Shown here: positions 34,959-47,988 of the stretch, in pieces
How positions within the stretch are numbered: the stretch's first letter is position 1
Layout of the letters: each line of letters begins with the position of its first letter
Assembly (NCBI GenBank): GCA_002633005.1
Contig: NMRA01000341.1
Coordinates: 389,474-453,473, forward strand
Origin: Phoronis australis
Taxonomy: Eukaryota; Animalia; Phoronida
Direction: 5' to 3'
DNA length: 64,000 nt
Made by a program: the position numbers and the translations under genes
Notes under the pieces: model-generated
Told to the model about the DNA's origin: nothing
Database searches by the model: none
What the model saw: the letters and a program-made list of their open reading frames with translations, nothing else

Positions 34959-37070
34959 CAACTTATAAATGTGTGGGCTGCATGCACTGAACTTCACGAC
35001 TCAAATTTCTACAGGAAATAACAATCAACAATTCTATGAACATTTAGAGCAATCACAAAAAATGATTATTGTTTTTGCCATACACGGTCATGGTCAACTG
35101 CGTCAGGCAAGTGAATGACTTTTACATAATCTAGTTTACTTCAGAGTGTGAGGATGAACCGGAAGGACCACTTACTGTCTAAACTGGAAACCAACCAAGT
35201 AAGCATTAACATCAGGAATTTTCTAGCAAAGTAATAATAATGATATTAAAAAATCAATATACTCAATAAATAGGCAACATGAAATTCATGACACTGATTG
35301 TATGCCCCAGGGCGTCTTTACTTTACACTCCTTAAGTACAGTGTAAGTCCAAGCGTACAGTGCACTTTCGTAAATAGGGACATACATGTATAAACGAAAA
35401 TTTCGTTTAAAGTAGAAGTTCACGAATGTTTCCCTAGTTCCTAAAGACGACACACTGTTTAACAAGAGCAAAGCGCAAACGTTGTGCTTCTAGGCGTGTT
35501 TATTTGTATCATAAAAATGGCCAATAGACGGCTCAGAATACATCGAACCCATCCAAAAATGCGAAGGTGTCGTCGTCTCTCGGACGTATTAGCCAAATTT
35601 TAAGAAAATCCGTCAAAGAACTCCAAAGATACAAAGGGAAGCGTAAAAAACTGCCATTAGGAACCACAGCAGTAGTCGAATTCACCCACCTGCTGTCAAA
35701 GTAATAGGAATGCAATTGCAAAATTTCAAAAACACCTTACAAGGTGTTTAGGAGATACAGCCATGGATGCGAAAAATGTCATTAGGCGCCACCACAGCAG
35801 AGAGAGACCCATTTGAAAGTCTGCATTGTGTCATGGTTTTGTCAGTAGAAACACCTCTGCCAATTTTCATATTAATACAGAAGCAAACGGCAAAACAAAC
35901 TAAAATATAATTAACATGGCCAGTAATTGCTGCATAATACGTCAAATCCGTCACAGAATGAAGAGCTGTCGACGTCTTGATAATATAAATTGCTTTGTCC
36001 AATTTCATGAAAAAGCATCAAGGAACTCTGAAGTTACATATGACAACGTAAAAAATAAATTGCCATTAGGGGGCACAGCTGTGGTTGGATCAGTCTGAAA
36101 CTGCCCGCTTTCTGTTGTCATCTTCAAAGGAGCACATCTGCTAAATTTCTGAAAGATCTTGCACAGTAGTTGAACACGTCCGAAAAATAACGTCACCCTC
36201 GGTCTTCTGATCAGGAACACATCTACAAATTTCAATAATAACCCTTCAAATAATTTGGTCTATTAAGAGGGTGTGATGTAAAATACGTAATAAAAAAATA
36301 AAATGGCCACCAAGTGCCACATAATACGTCAATTCCGTCCGAAAAGTAAAAGACTATCTGCAAATTTCATGATAATGGTCAGTACCGTATTGGAATCGGC
36401 GCCATATTGCAATATTCTAATACGGTCCAGGACCGCATTGGAATTCTGATTCGGGTGGACCGTATCGGAAATGATGTTTGTTGATTGATTTCTGGGCTTC
36501 TCAATAACTCCACTTAATGATTACTCATGGTTCAGTGCTATTGAACAGACCAAACTTAATAAAACTAAAAAGTAAACTTAACGATTGAAAACCTGAACAA
36601 CACGACTGGTCTTTCAAAATTGCCCAATGCAAAGAAAAAGCATGCGCATAGGCTGAATTAAGCCGAGACGTAAAATATTTGTAAACTATGCAAAAGATCA
36701 ATTAGCAAGAAATCCGAACGAAAAATGAGATTGCAAGCCTAAAACACTGAACTGGGTGACCTGATGGAGTGAACTTAAACAACAACTTTGTTTTTGATCG
36801 TCACTCGCTGGCAGTTCAATAAGGGAACCCTGCAAAACAATAAAAGTACTAGATTCGTTGGAACATAGGTCAATGACAGGCATGCATTTGGGGGACTTGA
36901 TTTATATACATGTTGGATCCACGTATAGACTCATTTACTTATGTTCACTTCAGACCATATTCTGAGCTTGACGTAAGGAAAGAATCTCACGATATCGGCT
37001 TCGACATCGACACTTAAAAACATCGTGAGTTTTCACTTCCGGCAAAGATATTATAGGTACACCATACAGT

Positions 37071-37150
37071 ATCTTTGCTTCCGGTATCACAGGGGTACAG
37101 ACCATACACTATCTTTGCTTCCGGTATCACAGGGGTACAGACCATACACT
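37071..37150 (+). repeat. Perfect 40-bp tandem duplication
   Basis: ATCTTTGCTTCCGGTATCACAGGGGTACAGACCATACACT x2. Confidence 0.97.
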
Positions 37151-37159
37151 CCAAGTGGT

Positions 37160-37582
37160 TAATTCTGACGTTATCAATGGTCTGGTCAATAAAAGACCTT
37201 GCTTACACCCTATCTCAACACACATGGAAAATGCACAACTTACAGAAAGCACAACACACTAAATACGGTTTCTTGCTTTGCTACGTCCAACTAAGGAAAA
37301 TTGAGATGCCAAAAATAGTCAAAAATGCGATTTTGGCGTTTTTGTACCTAAAATGACAAATTCACGTCTGCCCCGGTACAAGAGAGGATTCATGATCGAA
37401 TTGCTCGTGAACTCTAGATTCCTGAAATTTAGGTTAAACGTGTCATTAAAAACCAGATTTTTGCCAATTTCCACTTGTCCGAAGAGTAAATTGTGTAAGA
37501 ATAACCCACCCAACGAGAACTAGTGTGGTTTGAAAATGCCGAAACTCCTGTATCCAGGTAGGTAAGAGCAGAGGTCAAATTT
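37160..37582 (-). repeat. Dispersed repeat family E copy 1 (inverted)
   Basis: Reverse-complement similarity to 48950-49442 (gtatcc.agtagg.aagagcaga.gtcaa; tacctaaaat.acaaattcacg). Confidence 0.7.
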
Positions 37583-39514
37583 CTGCACTTAATTTAGTCA
37601 AAACAACTTCAAGAAACTCGTGAATACCCATGACGTACGTGACTAACGCCGTAACCCCATTCAAAGAGTCTATTAAGTGCAAGCCCTTAGTTGGAATGGT
37701 AGTCTTAATACGATTGCAGTGGTAAATTATAACCACCAATTATCATCCTCCCACCTTCATCTGACTGGCGAAGCCGAGATTATGATAAAGGTTAAAAACA
37801 AACTTCGTGAATACTCAATTCTCTACTATACTCGTGCGCTACGCATCTCCACCTCTAAACTGTGTATTGTGCCGTGAAAACAATCCAATCAGTGTCAACT
37901 GGATAGGCAAGGCTGCAGTGACAGAATGAGCAAAGGCTGTGGTTGAAAAATAAACGTATTCCTCTAAAAAAACAGCCTCATATTATTCCTTCCGTGATTG
38001 TATTCTAGTTCCGCTACCGAAAAGGAATTTCAAAACCGTCATAGACGAGAAAACGCGGCTCCAGAGCTTATTGGAGATGGGCATTTGACCCCAAAATTTG
38101 CAAATTCGAAAACGACACGAGTGTTGCATTGCTTGTGACTAAGTTGGCCACAATTTAAGATCGGATGAGCAGCGGTGGTAATTTGCTTATAAATCCAATA
38201 TGTTTTGGTTCATAATTCAACACTGGCAGCTTAACATCGACGAGATGCCCGTTTAAGAATATCTTATAACCTCGAATCCGAATCTAACCAAGAGACAGCG
38301 AATGCGCAGGTGTGAACATCAGGATTTGTGAATGTACATGTACTGTAAAGTGGTCGTGCAAAACAGGGTTAATTCATGGTTGATTATGACAGTTCTACTC
38401 GTCTTTGGATGACTAGATTGATGACGTCGACCTGATAAACGCCGGGATTTTACGTGCTTTACACATTTGTGTAGTCTAACACTTGTTTAATTAATCTTCT
38501 TCGTAACCAGCGATATTACATAATAACACCGATGTAATGGGCTCACTATATAAATTACATATTGTGACAAGAACCAAATGAATGACATGGAACAATTTAT
38601 TTCTTTTGTTAACACACGATTTGCATACGAGTTCTCAGGCTAATAATTACGCAAAATCGTTTGACCTTCTCAATATACTATGAGGTCACAAAGTGGAGGT
38701 AACGGTTACTTGGAATTAGGAAACTGTTTTGGAAACCATCGCACAAAAGAACACAGGGACGAAGCACAAAAGCAGCTGTGCAAGTTTCTGAGGCGCCAGA
38801 AATGTCTAAACTTCATGGTGGACTGAAGCAGAGAACGCAACCAACTTAAAAAACTATAGTAGAACAATTTATCGTTTCAAGAAAAATGAAGTCATGGTGT
38901 CCATGGACCCTATAAGAAGATACATTATTAGGGTGCTATAACCGCTATCAATCTTGTCTTTACCCGCTCATTAATGTAGCTTGTTATGGCGGGTTCTTCA
39001 ATTTGTCTAGCATGGTCTCATGCGCTACCAACCCATAATTTCTTCCGGCCTATATATATCAACCATTTTCTGAGTATTGAACAATCTGAGGCCGATTTCC
39101 AGCAGAAAGTGATGTAAACTCAGAAGTTAGCTTCTTTGACGGTAGTCGCGCTAAGCGAGCTGAATATTTACACTGAAGTTACTGATTATAAATAATGTGA
39201 GAAACATTTCAAGAAACATTAAGCAAAATGTATGCAGAACAGAGTGACTTACACCCTTCACTCGATGCTATGCTTATACTCCCTTGCAGATGAGTCTACC
39301 TTGTCAAATTAAGCCAGTCGCATACACCAACTACATAGGCAAACAAGTAGGAATTTTAATTGTCTTTTTTTGCAAGATGACCATAGTCTGCTAAATTGAC
39401 AAATTAATAAAATGGGGTGGGTGGCTTTTGACGGTGGATATGTGGACTCGATGGGAAGTGGTTTCCAAAAATGGTATTTAGTTTTTCCTGAAGTTGTTTA
39501 AAGTAAACTGAGTC

Positions 39515-39812
39515 CAGAAATTTGACATGTGCTTTTCTACTAGTATACGGAAGTGCCGCTATTTTGAAAGCACATCTTTGTTGAGTCTTGAATTCTTGGG
39601 GTAATGTTCATTTTGGCACCTCTTTTTCGCCGATGTATGTAATAAGGAAAAAAAGACACGGCTTTGCTGAATTTCTTAATTTTTGAGAAGGCCTATAGAC
39701 TGTCGGTGCTACTGTCAGTTATGCCGTTTTTCTTGTGTCCGAGACAGCAGTACAAAAGGGGCTTTGATTGACACAGGTCAGTTATAAGGTCAAAATCAAT
39801 CACAGGTACTGT
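39515..39812 (+). repeat. Dispersed repeat family E copy 2 (internally deleted)
   Basis: ctactag.atacggaagtgccgc and gtccgagacag...tgac.caggtcag...tcaaaatca shared with 48950-49442. Confidence 0.75.
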
Positions 39813-39844
39813 GGCCTTAGCAAAGACTGTACATAGAATAGGAC

Positions 39845-40149
39845 AGTTCACTCCGCCATCTTGCAATGGTCATCAGTCGAAAAACTAGCGCCCCAAGCGG
39901 CGACTAATCAACACTAATTTAGCGGCGCAGCCCGAACCATGTAAATATAGTTAAATTCCGATACTTTAAGGGCGTTCGACGTACAATAAATTTACTGTGT
40001 GATTGAAAATGGGTATAATACGTAAACTAACATCCACTTATAATCGAATGAGAATGAAAATGTGTGTTTTAATCAATATTAAAATGTATTTGCTTTCATT
40101 CTCTTGAAGCTCCCTTCAAAATCCATCATGGTTTTGTTTCGTGCTTGAG
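39845..40149 (-). repeat. Dispersed repeat family D copy 2 (inverted)
   Basis: Reverse complement of 32487-32792. Confidence 0.9.
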
Positions 40150-43100
40150 AGATGAGACTCAAAATGCATTTTGACGTGTATCTACACAGTTTGTTTTCCA
40201 CTTGTGTCGCGTGTTTGCGTATGTGAACTGCTGCCTTGAAAATAGTTTAAAGTAATAAACCGAAACGTCGGATCAACATGTCTTTATTTACGTACACGCT
40301 CGTCTTAAAATTCGTGCTACCACAACACTGAATTCCACTCTCATGCTCCCTCACATATAATTTTAGCAGACGCACATCGACAACAAAGTATATGTAGAAG
40401 GCAGAGCAAAGCCTGTGCAGTAGCCTACATTGCAGACGACAGCGGCACCGACATTGCAATCACTTGTCTTCCAACCGTGAACAGAACGCACAAAATGAAA
40501 GGCAATGTATGATATTAAATAACAAATAATCCTTAGTTCCTGGAAGCTTAGGAAACGTAAAAAATGACACGTCCGGGATTTCCGTGGATGAATTAGTGTA
40601 ATTCATCGCATTGCAAAATGCGCTTTTCGCCGTTGTTCTCGCGCTTCCTACTTAACCTTTGCTTATTCACCACTTGGCGGCGCTAGTAGTAGCGAACTCA
40701 CGAGTGAACTCTCCCGTTATACCACACTCCTTGGTCTTAGTCCAGTCAGATATCATAGCCGCTGAACCGGCTGATCCGACGGAGTGAATCACGTGTAGCC
40801 ACAGAATGTGCGTTTGCACACTGTATCACGACGTATACTTATGAACAAACAAAAGAAATCTGGCCAGCACAGATGCAATACCGGAAATCTCTGATGGTCG
40901 TGACCAGGGCATATTCGGCAAATATGACATATTTGCACCATTCCTGGCACTCAAATGTAACTTAAGCCAGATCGTACTTTTCTCAAACAGGGGAATGTAA
41001 ATGGAAAATGTATTAGGATCAACGTGTGTACGTATAGTTCACGGAGTCCTTATTCGTGCATGAATACATGTACGTTTAGTCTCGCAGCGCTCCGATCCTA
41101 CTCTATTGTTCGCAAAGTAAAACGTAAGGTTACAGTTTCCACGTTCACACAAGTTATATTCACCCTGCGCCCCAAGTGCCCTTGCAAAAATCGAACATGT
41201 TACAATTTGCGTGTTCTGTGCGAGATTTTCCCCATCAGTGCCTGAATAAATTGATGTGTTCCCTTAAAAGATAATGCACATCAACTTGGACGGACTCCCC
41301 GTACAAGACGTATATATCAAGACTTCCAGCGACGGCCAATTTCCCTACGAAACGAGATGTACCTTTTGGCATAAATTCCAACGAATGGATACCTTTTCCG
41401 ACCTTATTTCATTTCAAAAGCTTTACTTAGGGGCAGCTGAACTCTACAGGAGGTTTTTTCAACTACCCAAATGTACAGAAACGGTCATAAAATTATCCAT
41501 TTTTGGTTACGAAAGAATGTGTTTCCGGAACAAAATTTAATCTTACGAAAGGGCGACTCTTTTCATAGGGTCCACTCTCGAAATTAGTGGGCATTCTAAT
41601 TATTCACCTGCACGCCATGAGGAGAATAGTCGAATACTTCCTGGGGCCCCACTGGCTTGACAAAAATGAGAGAACCATAATTCTGCGTATGGAGCCGCCT
41701 ATCTTCGCAGACACACGCACACGCACACGCACACGCACACACACCCGGTTCACAAAGTCAAACTTCCTGCAAACACCACAAAGAATACTGATGGAATCCA
41801 CGGAATTGTGTCAGAAAGTAGCAAGCCCCGACGCTTAGCTTCTTTTAAATTCGAACAAAGAACAACGTCAACGTAACAGTGCGATTTAGTTATTTCCTTT
41901 CTCAGAAAGATCCAAAACTGTTTAAAGTGATAAAATCATCATTTATTTCCCCCAAATGATCAGAAAATTGCGAATTCTAGATTCGGTTCCAAATTTATCA
42001 ACCACATATCACACGATACACGCGTCAGTCGACTAAAGTTACAAATTCACACTGCGTGGTTGGCCAAATGTTCGAATTCTGTATTGTTGTGCAGTTTAAC
42101 TCTTTCTGTCAGGTTTCAAAAGGCATACAACAAGCAAATTTAGACGCAGGGTTTACCAACAGCAGTTTGCGGAAACGGAGACGCCTGATATCGTTCAACA
42201 ATTCATCATGCGACGAGGAAGCTGCGACACCGGGAGTTTTTTTGCATTGTATTGTACACCACACCCGACTAGGTTCTTCAAGCACATGTATGTCTATTTG
42301 ATAACATAACGTAAATACGTAAATTAAAACTGTTCAATTCAGAAACACTAAATCAATTATACACATTTCATTAAAAGCAGCTTGCGTTTGAACGTTCACC
42401 TTGTCACTGGAGCACTGGAGTAGCGAGAATCAGTAAAAAGATCTCCGTAAAACAGTTTCAGAGGAGGGTCTGCTGGATTCCTAATATGAGGGGGGCAGAG
42501 ATCCGGTTCGAATTTGCTACGATTTCTAAGCTTGTCAGTGTTTAAGTTTAAACGTTCGCGTATTTTGTTGCGACAAGCCGCTCAAATTGGCAACCGCCAA
42601 CAGCGCGAGCACAGTTATACAAATACAAAATTTTTCGATTCATACCTTAGGAAGTCTTCCGAAAGACCAGTCCCTGCTTTTGCAGTCCATTGCTAGCAAA
42701 AAGCAAACGCTTGTGTAACCCTCCTATGTGTGAGCAAGTATGACGATTTGAGGAACTGAGACGTTCGTCTGCTGGACGTCAACTGTGAATGTACATGTAC
42801 AGCTTATATGACATTCGCATTCCGCTAAAGCTGAGAGACAATAAAATGTAAGACCGCGTAGTGTGTCTCGTTATCGGAGTACTAAGCTTATTGTACATGG
42901 GCGGGTTTTACGGAAATGCGTTGTTAGATAAAACCACACAACAGACGATCATTCAGGAAATGGGGCAGTTAAATGGGTGCACCAAGCGGTTTTCAGTTTC
43001 AACGTTCAATGAAATTCCAGAAAAAACAGCAAGATCATCAACGAACAATATCACATGGATCAATTTTCCGATTTTAAAAATGACTTTGCTTAATATTATA

Positions 43101-43439
43101 GATTAGATTATCATTCATTTTGGATTGCGTTCAGTATCGCAAGAGTCTTGCGAAAATGCAACATATTGCCACTTCGCGATGCATGGAAAGCGAAGCACGT
43201 GACCACGCTAGATATAGTAAATTATAAAACAAAATGAAATATTCACATACTGCGACATGGTCCGTAAGACACGCCATGTTTGGGTAGCGAGTGTGGGAAA
43301 TGTATCGACAATTCTCATTGGCTGACTGATGTCAGACATAAATAGAATAATGTTGGATATTAATCTTACTTATATCTGATATAAATAATATTGGGATTGT
43401 TATTACTAAATCATGTACAATATTATCGAGAATTATGCC

Positions 43440-44250
43440 AGACATTTTAGCCTCGAATGGTAGATACAACCGGGTAAAAACCCATTAAGTTATCTCACTA
43501 TAGTGATATAACATTTTGGCGGGAAACCGAGGCCAGATTCGAACACGGGCCTCAAGAGTTTCGAGTCGCCGAGTTTACCACTACACCACTCAGCGGCTGA
43601 GTGAAAATAGAATACTTAAATGAGCACGCCCAACAATCGCATGTTCAGCAAAGGGCATTGCACCGACATTTATACGCTATGAAAATTAAGACGCATAATT
43701 TCCATAAAAACGATACTTTTATTCAGTGAAATTTTTCTCTCGTGTTCTCTCACTTGTAAATCACCGATCTCCAAATTGAATGCGGGTATCATGTCGTCGG
43801 GATCCTTTGACTTGAGCATTATAGTCAGTTACCAGTGGTAACCTACTTTAGCAGACGATATTTTCCCGGTCGCAGCTTAGCGTGATCAAATGTGTAGTAA
43901 GCTATTGTATTTGCTCAACCTTAATTTATAGATTCACTTTATTTCTATTTTGTTTAAATTTGCAAATGGTTTTGAGTATAAGCATTATTTGACAAAAATA
44001 GCTCGGCTTTTCTTAAAAGGTCACGACCTCCGACCCCGGGACTCTGACATAGAAAGTAGTTACAAAGCCGAGGCGAGTCGAGAAAGGTAGATCGATTCAT
44101 TGCAATATTTCTCGTTCAGTATGTGGTATAAGTAGATTATTACATTTTCCCACTTATTATCCCCGTTATCTAGAGCCCGAGTGGATTTTGGAGAATTATC
44201 GCCCTAGGGGGGGGATAACGACTTCGCCATGTACATGTAATAATCTATAT
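43440..44250 (+). repeat. Dispersed repeat family A copy 2 (tRNA-like segment 43517-43591 on -; terminal palindromic module 44133-44247)
   Basis: Long shared blocks with copy 1, e.g. ccagtggtaacctactttagcagacgata and ttatttgacaaaaata. Confidence 0.85.
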
Positions 44251-45788
44251 TTACATGGGGCGTGATTATTCATATCTCATATGAATCTTATTCATGTCAG
44301 ACATAATTAAGATTTATGTCACACATAATTCAGACCTATATCTGAGTTCAGACGTACGTGTATGTCAGACATGCGCTAACCATATCCCTCATCCGATCTT
44401 CATGCGGGGAAAACGTGACGATGAACATTTCCAAGTTTCTCATGAAACTTAATGATTGGTTTTAACAAGTCATTGTATCCAACCGTGCAGCTACGTAGGT
44501 ATGGGAGGGATTTAGACGTACTGAGCTTTGGTTAAGCGTTGAAAGGGCAGCGAGCGCGACCGCTTGGATATGCCGGTGAGTATACAGATAGGCAAATGAG
44601 CCAATGTACAGGCGTAAGTGCGACGGTCTTACAACTAATGCAAAGTCGGAGAAGTCGATTGTCCTGGCTGCTAGTGTGAACAACATATCTGTAACAAGTA
44701 AAATTAACCGTGGATGGCATTCGACACAGGCCCGAGTCGACATCAGAAGTTGATGGACAATTGTCGTGGCGAGCAGCTACAACACAATATGTTTCTCCAA
44801 GTTTAAGTGTAAATGTCTTCTTAGCAGCCATGATTGCGACTACAATAGCGACTAATCACGAACTACTTCCATCGATAACCAACAGATGCATGACTTTTGC
44901 CACATACAGTCTTCCACTCATTTCTTCTACTACACTGTTGCTGCCACGGTTCGTTGCAAATGTACAACTAACACAGTCAAGTCTTTATATATAAACTGTT
45001 ATGGCAGCTGTCCTCGTCCCCGCTGTTCACATTTGATATTCAAAATCACGACCGAGAGTTGACAAAACAGCGGTTTATTTAAAGGAACTTTTAACGATTT
45101 CTACGGTCAGAAAACGCATTCTGTTTGGAGCTGCTTTTACACGTGGAACAGTTATCACGCCGCGAATAAGTAGCGAACGTTTGAACACACCTATAAACTA
45201 ATAATATCAATTGCATTTTTGTAATTTTATTACAAATCCCCAATTAAGGTCGGTCGGTGGTTCGAGTGGGATATACCGGGTTCAAATTCGCGCGGAGGCT
45301 GATTTCCAGGCACTTTCTGACTTGCCAGTTATTCGTCATTGATAAAAGTGAGTGGACAGTTTGTCTGTACCCTTGGCCGAGACCGTGGCTTGCTTACTTT
45401 TCTTTCGATGGCACGGGATCGTATTCTTTTCAATGTCTGCTACGCAGCTAAGGCGTAGCTGGCGTAGGTGCCACTGGGCCGAAGATTCTTGGTTTCACAC
45501 CAGTCATCCACCAAGCTACCCCTCAGCCCCTCCCCCGTTTGTTAATAGCATAAAATGCAGAATGTGTTGTGGTTTATACTGGAAATGTAGCATGCACATG
45601 CACTGTACAAAGCTTTAAATGTAACAGAAGATCAATGACACGCAATTGATCACACGAGCACCATGACTCAATGGAACGTAAACAATCACGGTTCTTTCTT
45701 TGTCACGGTTTACGAAACCTCTCCATACTCCTTGTGTGCCCATACGCTGCATAGGGTATTCAAACAGGTCTCGGCGTCAGGAAGTTAC

Positions 45789-45791
45789 CAT
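45789..45791 (-). CDS. Tentative ATG-only end of calmodulin-like exon 1
   Basis: ...aacttctcATG|gtaact on - strand; calmodulin-family genes typically have an intron right after ATG; the placement is a guess among candidates. Confidence 0.3.
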
Positions 45792-47988
45792 GAGAAGTTC
45801 ACGCTTGTGGATATAGAAACAACGTATCAAAACTTCAGTCGCTGTTCGTGAAGTATTTAGTGACGGATTGTAGAGCTTGTTCAGGAATCTTGAAATTATA
45901 ACGTGAAACTGGTTTTGGGAAGAAATGGAGCGAAATTAGCAACAGTTACAAAAATATTCATTGCAAGAAATGAAATCTATTGATAGCGTTTGAAGCCAAG
46001 ATCACAGCCATTTTGATCCCATGGGCTGTAATTTGGTTATTTAGGACAAAATATGAAACGAAGGTTATTGCACTTTTGGCATTGTTTTTGCATGAATATC
46101 CAAGTGTCTTCCCAGGTGATTGCTTCCATACATGTTAAGTATAGTTTATATTATCAATAAAAAAGGAAACCGGTTGAACAGTTCCATTACAGCTTTATCG
46201 CCTGGATGTCTACGTCATCCACCCGTGACAGCACATCTCACCCACATGAATCTTTAGAGCAGTCCATACAATGAAATATTTAGTGAATGTTTAATGTAAG
46301 CCCCGGAAGTTAAGGGCAGTGCATTTATCAAATTATACACCGAGTGATATGTAACTGCGTTGTTATAAACCAGTGCTGTGATATTATATACGTAAGACTA
46401 ATAATTCATCATTAATCACTGGAATGTTTGTGAGTTTAGTGCCATACTCGAGGGCGGCTCCGAAGATAGAAATAAAGAACAGGGGAGAAAAGTCTGCAAG
46501 TTACGTAATTCGTGTATTATAAATAAACTAATAAAATCCGCTAAAGGATATGCCATTGATTATTATCCGCCAAATCCTCGAAACATGTGCGTGTGGGGAC
46601 ATCGGGCATCATACGCCGGAGCAACCGTTTTACACTGAAAATCACTTGCTGGAAGACTGAAGTCTGCGCACGCGCAGAACATTCACCACATCGGGGAAAT
46701 GTGTTCCGGATGACAGTGCGGGAAGTGCTTGTATTTAGCTAATGTGTACACACAAGGAGAACAATTATTAAGAAACCAGTTTACATCCGAGTACAATGGT
46801 TTTAATTGTCAAGGAACATGTATTGTTGCCTGGATTCCAAAATATTTTCAATTAGAAACATATAGTGTCTAGATCCTAATACGTTTTCCTTCAACTGGAT
46901 TATTCATGATACACTGTTGTATCGCCTTGGTGCGTGATTTTGCTTGGCCTTGGCTAGCGATCTTGCATTTCTGCGAGTTTTTCGCGTTTCAGTACTGAAT
47001 GAAGCCCAGGCAAAGCATTCAGTGGCGGGTCCGTGTGTTTGCCAGTGGATCGACACTGACAGGTCCCAACGAACTCTCTCCTGTTACCGAAATTGTCCCA
47101 ACCGCGTCTACTCGAACGCTGTGTTTACAGCTCTGTAGCTTGTGTCAATTACGCATATTTCGTTTGACAATGATAATACCCTTGTTGTATGGATTGTCGG
47201 ATAAAATGACTACAGTTTCTTGGTAAACAACAAAATTGCAGAAAACGACTGCAATTATGTCATAATATGTCAAGGTTGACATACATGTATGTACAGTCAA
47301 ACATTGCTCATGATTAGATTCGACTCATTTAGATGTCAAAGGTTCAAACAAAAATATTCATTCTGGAAAATATCGAACGTCGCTGTCGTAAGTGCTTTAT
47401 GACAAATTATTCAAATTCGCCCATGATTTATAGGACGGCGAATTAACAGCGAACAGAAATACAGACCAGTACAACATTAATCGGTTCACACTGAAATTAA
47501 GGCCTCTGACATGAGGCACGATTTAGCTGTTGATATGCAAATCCTATTATTTTTTTAAGCGGCCAACTTCCTATAGGCCTACATGTGGCTGCATCCAAGG
47601 GGTTCTCCTCCACCCTAGTAGCACAGACTCAAGGCAGTTTCGAGAAGAGTGCGACTGGAATACGTGCTTCGATCACTCTTGGGGGTTTTGCTTCAAATTC
47701 AAAATACATACCAATGGAATACATGACCAAGAAGGAAAAAGATCCCCGAGACAGTCCTAAGCATTAAAAAATAAATTCCACGACAAATCAGTTCTGTAGT
47801 TCACAAGTCGCCACACGAAGTCCGGCAGACCTAGATAATGCCGATGCACATTAAGTCAAACTGTGCATTTCGAGATAGGCAAGGTTCCCAGACGAAACGA
47901 AACAATTCATGAAAGGACTATACATATCTGTTGACAGTATGACCCCGGCAGCCAAGATTTCTATTTCCGGGAGAGCCCCCGAAGGGAT

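Noticed and set aside
44462-44831. Possible second THAP-like relic on - (MAAKK...TYCVVAA...NPSHT)
   Set aside because: Only faint resemblance; the key FP, W and CSxHF motifs could not be read
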